A stretch of DNA of 38,853 nucleotides from a virus (IMGVR_UViG_3300044466_000024:1-38853), one strand, 5' to 3'; counted from the stretch's first letter, positions 6,586-15,578 are shown. A program made the numbers and translations. The notes: generated by a model from the sequence alone, not told the origin.

Positions 6586-8909
6586 GGCGCCGCCACCACC
6601 TGAATGGAGCCGGAGAGCTGCACGGCCGCACTCGTCACGAGACAGACGACGCGATTCGTCCCACCGGTCTTGAAGACCGTGCTATCGCCGTTGCCTTTCA
6701 CCAGGCCGCCGTTAGCCGCCAGGTTCCACCCCGACGCCGCCGTCGTGCCGCCAGCTAGGCCCGACGTCACCGACGCGCAGCCATCCGTATCGTCATCGAC
6801 GAGCGCCACGTTATCAGCGCCGGCCGCGATGAGATCGAGCGCGCAGATGTAGTAGTGATTACTCGCACCCGCGAGCGCAGCGGTCAGCTCCGTCGTCGTG
6901 GCCGTCGAGATATTGATCGGAATGTGCGTCTTCGCGACGCCCGAGCAGGGATCCAGCTTGCGCGTGTAGAGCAGTCCGAGCGAGTCTGTATTGAGCGTCG
7001 CGTTGTCGCCCGTGGTACTCGCGCTCGAGGCCGCCACGTCCCGGCGCACCGAGCCCGCCATCGAGAGATTCCCGCCGGCCGACTCCGCGCCATCCTCGAC
7101 GTAGACGCCCCAATTCGCGGCCGTGGTCGGATTCACCGTGCCGATCGCCGCCGCGCCCGCTGCGAGCGCAACTTGCCCGGTCGAGTCCGAGGCGATCGTG
7201 ACGCGCTGCACGCCCGTGCCGGACACGCCGTTCCCCGCCGTGGCCAGCACGCCCGCGAAACTGGTTTGCGTGACTTGCGCGCCGCTGCGCAGATACCAGG
7301 CGATCACGGCGTCGTTGTCGGCCGTGACATCCGTCGGGACCGCGGCCGACGCGCGGCCCACGGCGGCCGTGCCGACCGATGTCCCGATCGTCAGCGCGGC
7401 ATCATGCGTGTACTGGGTGCCGCCCGAGCAGCCCGCGCGGCAATTCACCCAGAGGCTCGCAAAGGCATCCGTCGTGAAGGTCTGATAGTCGCCGTCGGTG
7501 CCCGTCTGCCCGCCTGACCCCGGCGTATCCACGCGCTTACTGATGACGAGTGGCCCAGACTCGCCACCCGCTGAGGCGTTGTCTTCGGTATAGTCCGTCG
7601 CGATCGCGAGTTCGGCGCCGGCGGAGTTGTAGATCACCGACTGCGTATAGATGCGGCCGTTCCCATCGATGGAGGGCCAGGCCCAATCGCCCACCGCGCC
7701 CGCATTCATGGCCGGCACGGTGTCCCGGCGCACAAACCCCAGGCCTACGAGCGCCTGCGCATCCGACGACGCGGAATCTTCGTTGAACTGCGTCGTACCC
7801 GAGGACCCCGTGACGCGAATCGCGCCGGAGGTATCGCAGCTAAACGGGTTGCTCTGGGCGTTGGTGTTGGTCGGCGCCGCTGTCGTGGTCGCGCACAGCG
7901 TCAGGACGCCCGATTGCCCCGACGTCGCCGAGCCGATCGTGTTCGGCAGGTTGTCGATCAGTTGCAGCGCCGTCAGGCCCGCGCCGTTCTCCTGCACCAC
8001 GAACGTGCCCGCATTCGTCACCGCGTGGGACGGCACCGAGGCGAGGCTGACCGGGAGCGTATCGATATTGCCGACGCCGTTCGAGATCCGCACCGACACC
8101 GGTGTGCCCACCGGCGCATCGATCGTGAGGGAACTGCCGTTGTCGGTCACCGGCTGCGCCGTCGTGCCCGTCGGATCCGTGCGGAGCGGATTAGAGGCTG
8201 TCGCGAGTTCGGTCCCGCCGTCGTTGCGCAGATTCGTGTGGAGGCCGCGCTGTGACGTGACGCGCACCGCGCCGGCTTGGCCTTCCGAGAGCGTCGCCGT
8301 CGAGGCATCATCGACTTCCCCGCCGAACGGGGCAAAGAGCGACGTCGTCGGCGTGAAGGCCGTCGTGTCCACCTGGCTCACGCCCGTGCCCGTGCAGTTG
8401 GCGCAGATGATCGACGCCTGCCCGCTGGCGTTGACGGCCATCTGATTGACGCCGGCCGTGTCGAGGATCTTCACCGCACCATTGATCGTCCCACCGCCGC
8501 CGCTCGCGACACTTTGCGAGAGCCCGATCGCCCCGAGCGTCACCGAGGCCGTGCCAGACGTGTACGCCGTCACGACCACGTGCAAGTACTTGAAACTCGC
8601 GATGTCGCCCTTCCACACGCCGATCGTCGTCGTCGCCGTGGCCGAGGTCGTGGAGTTCGGCGGCGTCAGGCTCACCGTCTGCGCGGAGAGCAGATTACCC
8701 GTGTTACTGATGTAGAACGTCAGCGTCATCGAGCCGATCTGGCTGACTTCGATCGAGGCCGTGCCGTAGCCGCCCACGTCGAGCATCGCGCTCGAGCCGA
8801 GCTGTGTCAGTGGCGGGAATGTGCGCGTGGTTTCCTTTTGCGCGAACGCCGGCACGGCCGCGACGAGCGCGAACACCACCGCGAGAAGAGACTTAATCAC
8901 CCGCACCAT
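6582..8909 (-). CDS. Large secreted fiber/adhesin-like repeat protein, 775 aa
   Basis: ATG 8909 with GGAG RBS at 8920-8917. Signal peptide MVRVIKSLLAVVFALVAAVPAFA|Q. A/T/G/S-rich with internal repeats. Confidence 0.85.
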   Translation of the reverse strand: MVRVIKSLLAVVFALVAAVPAFAQKETTRTFPPLTQLGSSAMLDVGGYGTASIEVSQIGSMTLTFYISNTGNLLSAQTVSLTPPNSTTSATATTTIGVWKGDIASFKYLHVVVTAYTSGTASVTLGAIGLSQSVASGGGGTINGAVKILDTAGVNQMAVNASGQASIICANCTGTGVSQVDTTAFTPTTSLFAPFGGEVDDASTATLSEGQAGAVRVTSQRGLHTNLRNDGGTELATASNPLRTDPTGTTAQPVTDNGSSLTIDAPVGTPVSVRISNGVGNIDTLPVSLASVPSHAVTNAGTFVVQENGAGLTALQLIDNLPNTIGSATSGQSGVLTLCATTTAAPTNTNAQSNPFSCDTSGAIRVTGSSGTTQFNEDSASSDAQALVGLGFVRRDTVPAMNAGAVGDWAWPSIDGNGRIYTQSVIYNSAGAELAIATDYTEDNASAGGESGPLVISKRVDTPGSGGQTGTDGDYQTFTTDAFASLWVNCRAGCSGGTQYTHDAALTIGTSVGTAAVGRASAAVPTDVTADNDAVIAWYLRSGAQVTQTSFAGVLATAGNGVSGTGVQRVTIASDSTGQVALAAGAAAIGTVNPTTAANWGVYVEDGAESAGGNLSMAGSVRRDVAASSASTTGDNATLNTDSLGLLYTRKLDPCSGVAKTHIPINISTATTTELTAALAGASNHYYICALDLIAAGADNVALVDDDTDGCASVTSGLAGGTTAASGWNLAANGGLVKGNGDSTVFKTGGTNRVVCLVTSAAVQLSGSIQVVAAP

Positions 8910-8922
8910 CGCAACACTCCAG

Positions 8923-8994
8923 ACAAAAGAAAAGGGCCACGCGCGGAGGCTGACGCCCCTGAACACGTGGCCCTCGGTTCGTTCCGTTCGAGCC
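8923..8994 (-). promoter_or_regulatory. Structured leader/terminator element, copy 1
   Basis: GGCTCGAACGGAACGAACCG-AGGGCCACG[variable stem-loop]CGTGGCCCT-TTTCTTTTGT immediately before the RBS of the 775-aa gene. Second copy at 24917-24983. Confidence 0.85.
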
Positions 8995-9024
8995 GGTTAG
9001 CTTGACGACGGTCGCTCTACGCTA

Positions 9025-9603
9025 TCACGGCACGCTGCCGGCGAGCGCCTCAAGCGCCGTCGCCGCGGCCGTGGCTGCCTGCACCAACGACGAGAGATCC
9101 GGCGCAGTCCCCGTGGCTGGCGCCTCTGCCCCCAACAGCCGCGCGAGACACGTCACCGGGAACGACCAGCCGGAGAAATACAACGCGATGCCTGGGAAGG
9201 TGCTCGGATCACCATTGACCCGACCTGCGAGCCGTTCGCCTGGTTGTAGGATCATCGCTGCCGCATCTGCAGGCGCCACATGCAGGGCTGGTGTCCCCGC
9301 CGCGCTCCCCCGCGCGATCTCGTGATAGTGATTCCCGCCCGGCACGGCCACGAGCCATTCGATCATGTATTCCCGCGCGTTGCCGTCCTTCGTGGACAGC
9401 GAGATCGATCGCATCTTCCAGACCTGGCCAGCCGGTACCGGTTGCGTGAAGATATGCGCCCGATTCGAGTCAGGGATGATCAGCGACATCGGATCATCGG
9501 ACCAGTACGTCGATTGCACCATGTACGTAGGCGCACAGGTCTGCGCCGCGACCGGAGCCGCGACGAGGAGCAACAGCAGGACGATCGTCGTTCGCATCCT
9601 CAT
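9025..9603 (-). CDS. Secreted protein, about 192 aa
   Basis: ATGA overlap with the tail fiber stop. Signal peptide MRMRTTIVLLLLLVAAPVAA|Q. Confidence 0.8.
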   Translation of the reverse strand: MRMRTTIVLLLLLVAAPVAAQTCAPTYMVQSTYWSDDPMSLIIPDSNRAHIFTQPVPAGQVWKMRSISLSTKDGNAREYMIEWLVAVPGGNHYHEIARGSAAGTPALHVAPADAAAMILQPGERLAGRVNGDPSTFPGIALYFSGWSFPVTCLARLLGAEAPATGTAPDLSSLVQAATAAATALEALAGSVP

Positions 9604-11066
9604 TCCAGCGTCAGTTCGGCGGCGCTCATCGTGGTGGTGAAGGACACCGCCGCGGCATCCATTTGTGCCGTCAGTGCGAACGTCTTCGCGGCTGTGGTGT
9701 CTTCGGCGCCCGTGACGTTCCCCGCCAACATCGAGGCCGTCGCAGACAGCGCAAGCCATGCGGCGCCGCCAGAATTATGTTGAGAAGTCAACATCGTCCC
9801 GACGACCCGCTGACTGTTCGTCGTACCACCCTCGAAGAGATGGATGTCGAGCGCGAGAAAGTGCGTCTCGGCCGCCGGTAACGGCATGTTGCCGCCGAGA
9901 AACGTCGTGGCCCCGAACTTGACGCGAAAATTGACATTCCGCGCGCCGCCGCCATCCGTCTCGATCAGGATAAACGCGCGAAAATGCAGTACCCGATTCG
10001 TGCCGAGCGTGTTCGCCGGCACCGAGAATGAATACAGCGTGTTCTCGTTGGCGTTGTTCGAAAACGTCGCCAGCGTGGTGACGACGTCGACCCGCCGCAC
10101 ACCGGAAAAATTTGCGATCCAGTTTGACCCGTCCGACGTCAGGAGCACCTCTTCACCAGGAAACAGCGGCGTCGTCACCGTGCCGTGCACGGTTTCACTC
10201 GAATTCCCGTCGATCGTGATGACGCCAGTCCCGTTGTTTTTGACCCGGAGTTTTCGGCCGATGTTCCCACCGCCCGCCGCATACAGGGTGAGCGTCCACG
10301 TGCCCGTGCCGAGAATCAGATCGTCATCGACCGTCGCCGTGTAGTTCGCCGACTTCGATTGAATGCTGTCGAAGTACTTCACGAACGGATTCGGCGCGAT
10401 GACGAGCGTGGTCAGGCCGTCAGCGACCCCGAGGAAGCGCACAAATGCCCCACCAGGCGTACTCGTCACCTGTCCCGGCGTCGTGCTCATGAAATACGTC
10501 GTGCCCGGCGTAAGCCCCGACAGCCCTGTTGCGCGGCCCCCGATCCTTACGGTTGTGGCAGCTCCAGCGAGCACGCTCGTCGTGAAGAATCCTGTAATTC
10601 GTGGCGTAACGGATTTCGCCGCGCTCGTAGCATCGCCCTTGTACCAGCGGCCGGCCGTCGTGCCACCCGAGCCATCCGCAAGATAACCCTGTTCGCCAGC
10701 CGAGGCGCTTTCCCCGGCGATGGCCGCCACATCGATATCTACGCTCGAGCCCGGCACCGCGCCCACGTTGTCCTGCGTCAGCACGGGCGCCACCGGCGGG
10801 TCGGTGTCCGTCGGCAACGCGATCACGAACTTGTAGGCCAGCCCAGGACTCAGGTAGAGCGCGACGCGCGATGCCCCCACCGACGGACGCCCCGCCGTGT
10901 CGAGCGTGATCGGGTTCGGGTTCGGCACGGCCAGCGCCACGTCAGAGAACGTGTCGAGCTTGTCGGATGTCCCGGCCGCGTACGTGAAAAGCTTGTACCC
11001 GGCCAACGGGTTGCCGTTGACGTCGTAAAAGGCTTGGAAGAGGTCGGGCGCGAGCGTGCCGGCCAT
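9600..11066 (-). CDS. Tail fiber/tailspike with podovirus virion-attachment N-terminus
   Basis: FYDVNGNPLAGYKLFTYAAGT...NPNPITLDTAGR is typical of P22-like tailspike N-termini. AGGAG RBS. Follows the ejection genes. Confidence 0.85.
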   Translation of the reverse strand: MAGTLAPDLFQAFYDVNGNPLAGYKLFTYAAGTSDKLDTFSDVALAVPNPNPITLDTAGRPSVGASRVALYLSPGLAYKFVIALPTDTDPPVAPVLTQDNVGAVPGSSVDIDVAAIAGESASAGEQGYLADGSGGTTAGRWYKGDATSAAKSVTPRITGFFTTSVLAGAATTVRIGGRATGLSGLTPGTTYFMSTTPGQVTSTPGGAFVRFLGVADGLTTLVIAPNPFVKYFDSIQSKSANYTATVDDDLILGTGTWTLTLYAAGGGNIGRKLRVKNNGTGVITIDGNSSETVHGTVTTPLFPGEEVLLTSDGSNWIANFSGVRRVDVVTTLATFSNNANENTLYSFSVPANTLGTNRVLHFRAFILIETDGGGARNVNFRVKFGATTFLGGNMPLPAAETHFLALDIHLFEGGTTNSQRVVGTMLTSQHNSGGAAWLALSATASMLAGNVTGAEDTTAAKTFALTAQMDAAAVSFTTTMSAAELTLE

Positions 11067-11079
11067 CAGAGCGCTCCTG

Positions 11080-11088
11080 TGCTAGACT
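11080..11088 (+). promoter_or_regulatory. Extended -10 promoter (TG-C-TAGACT) for the antisense membrane gene
   Basis: TGcTAGACT lies 8 nt upstream of GTG 11097 and there is no SD, which fits a leaderless mRNA. Confidence 0.5.
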
Positions 11089-11096
11089 GACCAGCC

Positions 11097-11258
11097 GTGT
11101 TATTGAAGTGGCTAGATCGTCTCTGGCTGGCCGCCATCGCCGTGTCCGCGGCCATCCTGGCTCCGATCTGGGTCATGCTCTGGATCGAACGCATCGGGTT
11201 ACCTTTACTCCTCGTCTCATTCGGCATCGCCGTGCTCTATTTCCGCTACCGTCACTGA
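11097..11258 (+). CDS. 53-aa two-helix membrane protein, candidate superinfection exclusion
   Basis: Hand translation: MLLKWLDRLWLAAIAVSAAILAPIWVMLWIERIGLPLLLVSFGIAVLYFRYRH. Fills the gap between the ejection and tail fiber genes, in the opposite orientation. Confidence 0.75.
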   Translation: MLLKWLDRLWLAAIAVSAAILAPIWVMLWIERIGLPLLLVSFGIAVLYFRYRH

Positions 11259-11259
11259 T

Positions 11260-13422
11260 CTACGGCACGTCATCCGCGAAGTCGTCGACCATCCGCGAAA
11301 ACGCCTCAAATTCGGCGTCATCGGTCCTCCCGAATCCCGCGGGGATCGACGGCCCGCGATAACCGGGCCGCTTCTCCAGATAGCCCATCGCCGCATCGAG
11401 CGCCGCCGTGTGGAGGCGATTCGTCGGCCGTTTGCCGGCCAAGAGATCCTCAACGGCACGCTCGATCGCCACATTGGAAACGTGCTGCTCGGAGATCACG
11501 CGAATGTCGTCTCCGACCGGCGATCCTGGGCTACCATGCGCGTAGACCTGCGACTCCAGATCGCGCGTGCGTACGAGCCGTCCACGCTCTGGCCGGAGCT
11601 CCGCAAGGTCGACCTTCATACGCTCGAGCATTGCGCGCACAGGAGGCGCCGCGACGGCCGCCGCCGCGGCGTCCGGGTCGCTCGAGAACTGCGCAACGCG
11701 GAACCCTCCAGCCTTGACACTGATAAAGGGATCCACCCTGTAATCGGCGGGAGCCGCCGGAATCGTTCGACCACCAGATCGATCGGCCGCGACCTCACCT
11801 GGCAAGTGCATCTCGGGCCGCGCACCGCGACTAGGCGGCAGCGCGAGCTGTTCCGAGTGCGACCGCATCGCCGGCACGCCGCGCACGAACGACGTATCCG
11901 CCGGCGGAGGCGTGACGAGCGGTCCGCGCTCGAGCAGACCCACCGGCGGCCGATGCGACGGCATCGCCACCGCTGCCGGTCCCGTCTTCCAATTCGCGAA
12001 CGCGCGCCGAATCAGGGCATCCGTGGTCTGCGATTCCTTGATCGCTTTCGCCGCCGCCCGACCTGCACGGCCCGCCATGATGTCTGCCATGCCTTCGAGC
12101 GGCGCGCCGCCGAAGATGGCTTTATACGTGCCCCGGGCAATGTCGGCCGCCGCCCGCACGGCACCGATCTGCTCGGAGAGGCTTTCGGGCTGTTGCCGCT
12201 TCGCCACGTTCGAGCGCCGGATCGCTTCGCCCTCGACGTCAAGTAATGCGCCATACCGTCGATTCAGCTCACGCGCCGCCGCGCCCTGGCCGGGCGCGTC
12301 CAACCGCTTGTAAATGACATCGCGCAGCGCCTTCGCCTGCGCCTCAAGGCTCGCGATTCCTGGATCTGCCATGAGCGCCGAATGTTGCCCACGCGGATAG
12401 AGGTTGTAGAACCCATCCAGCGCGGCGTTCGTCTCCTGCAGATACGTTTCGAGTTGGTCGAGCGAAAACGACTTCCGATAGCCCTCGGACTCCGCGACGA
12501 GTCGCGCTGCGTCGCCAGGCTTGAGCAACTGAATCCGCTTCGGAATCGCCTGTAGCATCGCATCGGCCACCGGCGACGCATCGATTCCCGCGTGCATGGC
12601 GCGCAACGGCCCGCGCAGTTGATTCAACTGCTGTTGAAGACCTTTCTTTGCCGCTTTCGTCGCCGCAAGGAGATCGTCGACGCCCCCAATCGGCCGCCCG
12701 ATCGCCGTCTCCGCGGCCTTGATCTCGGGCATCGCGCGCAAGACCGACTGATCGAATTTGACCCGCGTCGACCGCGGCTTGATCGCCTGTACGATCATGG
12801 CTTGTGGTTCGACCGGCGCGGCGGTTCGGACCACACCGGCCAGCGCGCCGCCGAGACCGCCCGCAGCCGCACCAGCCGCGCCCCTTTTCATGGCGCCACC
12901 GATCATCTGCATCCCCGCCGAGACCGGCGGCAGAATGGCGCCACCCGTCGCCCCGAAGAACGTCTCGACCGGCTCACCACCAGACTGCACCGCCGACACC
13001 GCGCCACCCGCCGCAGCGTTCGCCGCCATCCGTACCGGCGTGCTGAACGGCGCGACGACGCGCGCCACCTTCGACAGCGGAACCGCGAATTCTCCCGCGC
13101 GCTCCGCGACGAACCCAAGCCCGCCGGCAAACCCTTTCGGCCGTTCCATCAGCGCTTGTGATGTCGGCTCATCAATGATCCGCCGCATTCCGAACGAGCG
13201 CCGAATCAGATCGCCGACGCCGAAGATCGATCGGAATAGTCCCGCACGCACGCCGCCGATAATGTTCTGATTCCACGAACCTTCCGAGAGATCCTCAGGC
13301 TCGTGCGCCGGCATCAGCGCTGCTTGCGGCACTTCCTGCCCAATCGCCGGCAGCGCAGACAACGACTGCAACGTAGCAGGCACCTCAGCCCCGATCGGCG
13401 GCAACACGGCTTGCTGTGGCAT
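11260..13422 (-). CDS. Large DNA ejection/internal virion protein (P22 gp16 position), 720 aa
   Basis: ATG 13422 coupled by TAATG. Ala/Gly-rich hydrophobic region followed by long helical segments. Synteny. Confidence 0.75.
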   Translation of the reverse strand: MPQQAVLPPIGAEVPATLQSLSALPAIGQEVPQAALMPAHEPEDLSEGSWNQNIIGGVRAGLFRSIFGVGDLIRRSFGMRRIIDEPTSQALMERPKGFAGGLGFVAERAGEFAVPLSKVARVVAPFSTPVRMAANAAAGGAVSAVQSGGEPVETFFGATGGAILPPVSAGMQMIGGAMKRGAAGAAAGGLGGALAGVVRTAAPVEPQAMIVQAIKPRSTRVKFDQSVLRAMPEIKAAETAIGRPIGGVDDLLAATKAAKKGLQQQLNQLRGPLRAMHAGIDASPVADAMLQAIPKRIQLLKPGDAARLVAESEGYRKSFSLDQLETYLQETNAALDGFYNLYPRGQHSALMADPGIASLEAQAKALRDVIYKRLDAPGQGAAARELNRRYGALLDVEGEAIRRSNVAKRQQPESLSEQIGAVRAAADIARGTYKAIFGGAPLEGMADIMAGRAGRAAAKAIKESQTTDALIRRAFANWKTGPAAVAMPSHRPPVGLLERGPLVTPPPADTSFVRGVPAMRSHSEQLALPPSRGARPEMHLPGEVAADRSGGRTIPAAPADYRVDPFISVKAGGFRVAQFSSDPDAAAAAVAAPPVRAMLERMKVDLAELRPERGRLVRTRDLESQVYAHGSPGSPVGDDIRVISEQHVSNVAIERAVEDLLAGKRPTNRLHTAALDAAMGYLEKRPGYRGPSIPAGFGRTDDAEFEAFSRMVDDFADDVP

Positions 13423-14795
13423 TACTTGGTCCGCACCCACTTTCCGCCCTTGAACGTCTGTTCCGTGCCAGGATAGCCAGGGATCGGCTTCGTCTCGCCT
13501 TCCTTCGGCACCGCGCTACCCCCGCCGCCGCCGGCAGCCGGCTCCTTGCCGCGCATCAGGTCGATCAGTTCCCACTTGAGATCGTTGCTGTCCTTTGTGT
13601 CCCGGTACGCGTCCGGCACCATCGGCAACCAGAGCGCTTTCACGTCCGCATCCGATACGCGCGAGCCCTGCTGTTCCACCGCGAGCGTGCCGGCGAGCGC
13701 CATCCGCGAATCCTGATAGGTACGGAACTCGGGATCGGTGCCAAAGACCGCCTCGACACCGCGCTTGATCGCGTCCGCACGCTGCGCCGGGCCTACCCGC
13801 GTGAGAATCTTCGAGCCGAGATTGCGCACGGCATCGACGGCGCGCGCCGCGGTCGCCTTCGACCGCTCCTTATTCCGCATGTCGGCCGTATCCGGCTGCT
13901 GCGCACCCACGGCACGCGCTTCCTGCTCCGTCATGCGGCGCACCTGGCCGGTACTCGGATCCTTCGCCCAGAAGCTTGAGCCGAGTGCTGTTTGACCGGC
14001 TTTTGTCCGCTCGATCGCGGCCTGCTCTTTGTTGGAGCGAACCGTCTCGGCCAGCGTCGCCTCTGCCCGACGATCATCCCGCTCCCGATCCGCCGCCGTC
14101 GCCATCTCTTGCCGGCCGGCGCGCGCTTCCGTATCGCGACGCAACGCGAGATCGCTCTCTTGCCGGGACAGGTCTCGCTGTTTCGGCGAGCGCTCGATCA
14201 GCCCTTCAACGATCGTCTGCAACTGCGCCGGTTGCGCCTTCAGCGTCTCGCGCAGGCTCGCGACGTCGTGGCCGTCCGACTCCGCCTCAGACAGCGCCCA
14301 CTCGACCGAGAGCGGGTCATAGTTCGCCCGCTTGATCGCCGCCGCCAGGCCGCCGAAGTAATCCGATTCCGCCGCCGCGGCGTCGGTGCGTAGCTTCTGC
14401 AGGTTCAGGCGCGAGGATTCCAATTCCGTGTGCGCCTTCTCGTAAATCGGCACGAGGTCCCCGCGCCCGAGCTGTTGCAGTTGTGCCTTCACCTCGTCGG
14501 GGCTCAACCGGCTGCTCTGCGCCGAGCGCATGATGCCGCGATCCTCCGTGGCCTGCCGCGCCGCCGTCTGCTCGCTGCGCGCGTTCTCGAGCTGAATCTG
14601 GCCCGCCTCTTCCTGCTGTCGTCGGATCGGGGCCTCACGGACGTTCGTCGCGATGTCACGTAGCGACCCGGCAATCGTGTTCCCGACGTTCTGCCAGTTC
14701 TGCGCGGACTGCTCGCCTTGACGAAGGATCAAACCAGCGAGCGTGCGGTTCGGCTCAAACGTGGACGACCGGGCGTACGGAAGAGGGCCAGCCAT
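13422..14795 (-). CDS. DNA ejection protein (P22 gp20 position), 457 aa
   Basis: Gln/Ala/Glu-rich coiled coil ending TFKGGKWV. Synteny. Confidence 0.75.
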   Translation of the reverse strand: MAGPLPYARSSTFEPNRTLAGLILRQGEQSAQNWQNVGNTIAGSLRDIATNVREAPIRRQQEEAGQIQLENARSEQTAARQATEDRGIMRSAQSSRLSPDEVKAQLQQLGRGDLVPIYEKAHTELESSRLNLQKLRTDAAAAESDYFGGLAAAIKRANYDPLSVEWALSEAESDGHDVASLRETLKAQPAQLQTIVEGLIERSPKQRDLSRQESDLALRRDTEARAGRQEMATAADRERDDRRAEATLAETVRSNKEQAAIERTKAGQTALGSSFWAKDPSTGQVRRMTEQEARAVGAQQPDTADMRNKERSKATAARAVDAVRNLGSKILTRVGPAQRADAIKRGVEAVFGTDPEFRTYQDSRMALAGTLAVEQQGSRVSDADVKALWLPMVPDAYRDTKDSNDLKWELIDLMRGKEPAAGGGGGSAVPKEGETKPIPGYPGTEQTFKGGKWVRTK

Positions 14796-15577
14796 TACGA
14801 AGATCCAGCTCGTAAAATCGCATCATCCCGACGAAATGCGTCATCGGCATTGAACGCGCCGCGCCGGAACGTATCGTCCGCACCGAACTTGTACGCGTCC
14901 CACGCCCGCTGAAACGCGAGTTCCCCGGCGTTGATCGTGGCGCCCGACCGCAGGCGCCAGTCTTCGATCTTCGGCTGATAGCCGGCCAGCGCATCGCGGA
15001 AGCGCCGTGCGTCTACGTTGCCGTACTCCTGGCTGGCGAAGTTCTGGCCGTAGCCGAGGATGTCTTTCAGCGTGCCACCGGTGCGCAGCACGCCACGCGC
15101 CGCCGCGCTCTGCTGGAGCGCGCGCTCGCCTTCCCCGAGCCGGAATTGATAGCTCGGATCCGCGAAGAGATGTTCCCGTGTGGTCGGCTGCCATTCGAAA
15201 TCAGGCGCCGGCCCGAAATCAGTGAGGTTCGGCGACATCGGGCCTTCGTACTGCGGACCACGTTCGGGCAGCGCCAACGTGGCGAGCGTGCTCCCACCGC
15301 CACCGCCCGCGGCCGGGAAGCGCTCCTGCACCTTCGCGCGCCACACGTCGCCGCCGAACTGCTCGTAGAGCTGATAGCTCTCGTCGATCTCCTGCTCCGT
15401 TGGCGGCCGTTGAGCAATCGCCGTGAAATCAGGGATGATGATGCCGTCCACGATCGTCTGCCGGCGATCCCGCCCTTGCGCGTCCTTCCCACCGGGATAC
15501 GCGCCGCCCGACGGCGGAGGCGTCGGTGGAGGTTCACCGTAGGGATCGTCTTCGTCGTAGATGTCACCCAGCGCCAT
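14795..15577 (-). CDS. gp7-like DNA transfer protein, C-terminal-type domain, 260 aa
   Basis: DPSYQFRLGEGERALQQSAAARGVLRTGGTLKDILGYGQNFASQEY motif. GGAGGG RBS before ATG 15577. Confidence 0.8.
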   Translation of the reverse strand: MALGDIYDEDDPYGEPPPTPPPSGGAYPGGKDAQGRDRRQTIVDGIIIPDFTAIAQRPPTEQEIDESYQLYEQFGGDVWRAKVQERFPAAGGGGGSTLATLALPERGPQYEGPMSPNLTDFGPAPDFEWQPTTREHLFADPSYQFRLGEGERALQQSAAARGVLRTGGTLKDILGYGQNFASQEYGNVDARRFRDALAGYQPKIEDWRLRSGATINAGELAFQRAWDAYKFGADDTFRRGAFNADDAFRRDDAILRAGSS

Positions 15578-15578
15578 C

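Noticed and set aside
4331-11066. Diversity-generating retroelement or invertible tail-fiber cassette
   Set aside because: No reverse transcriptase or invertase, and no template/variable repeat pair or inverted crossover sites noticed by eye.
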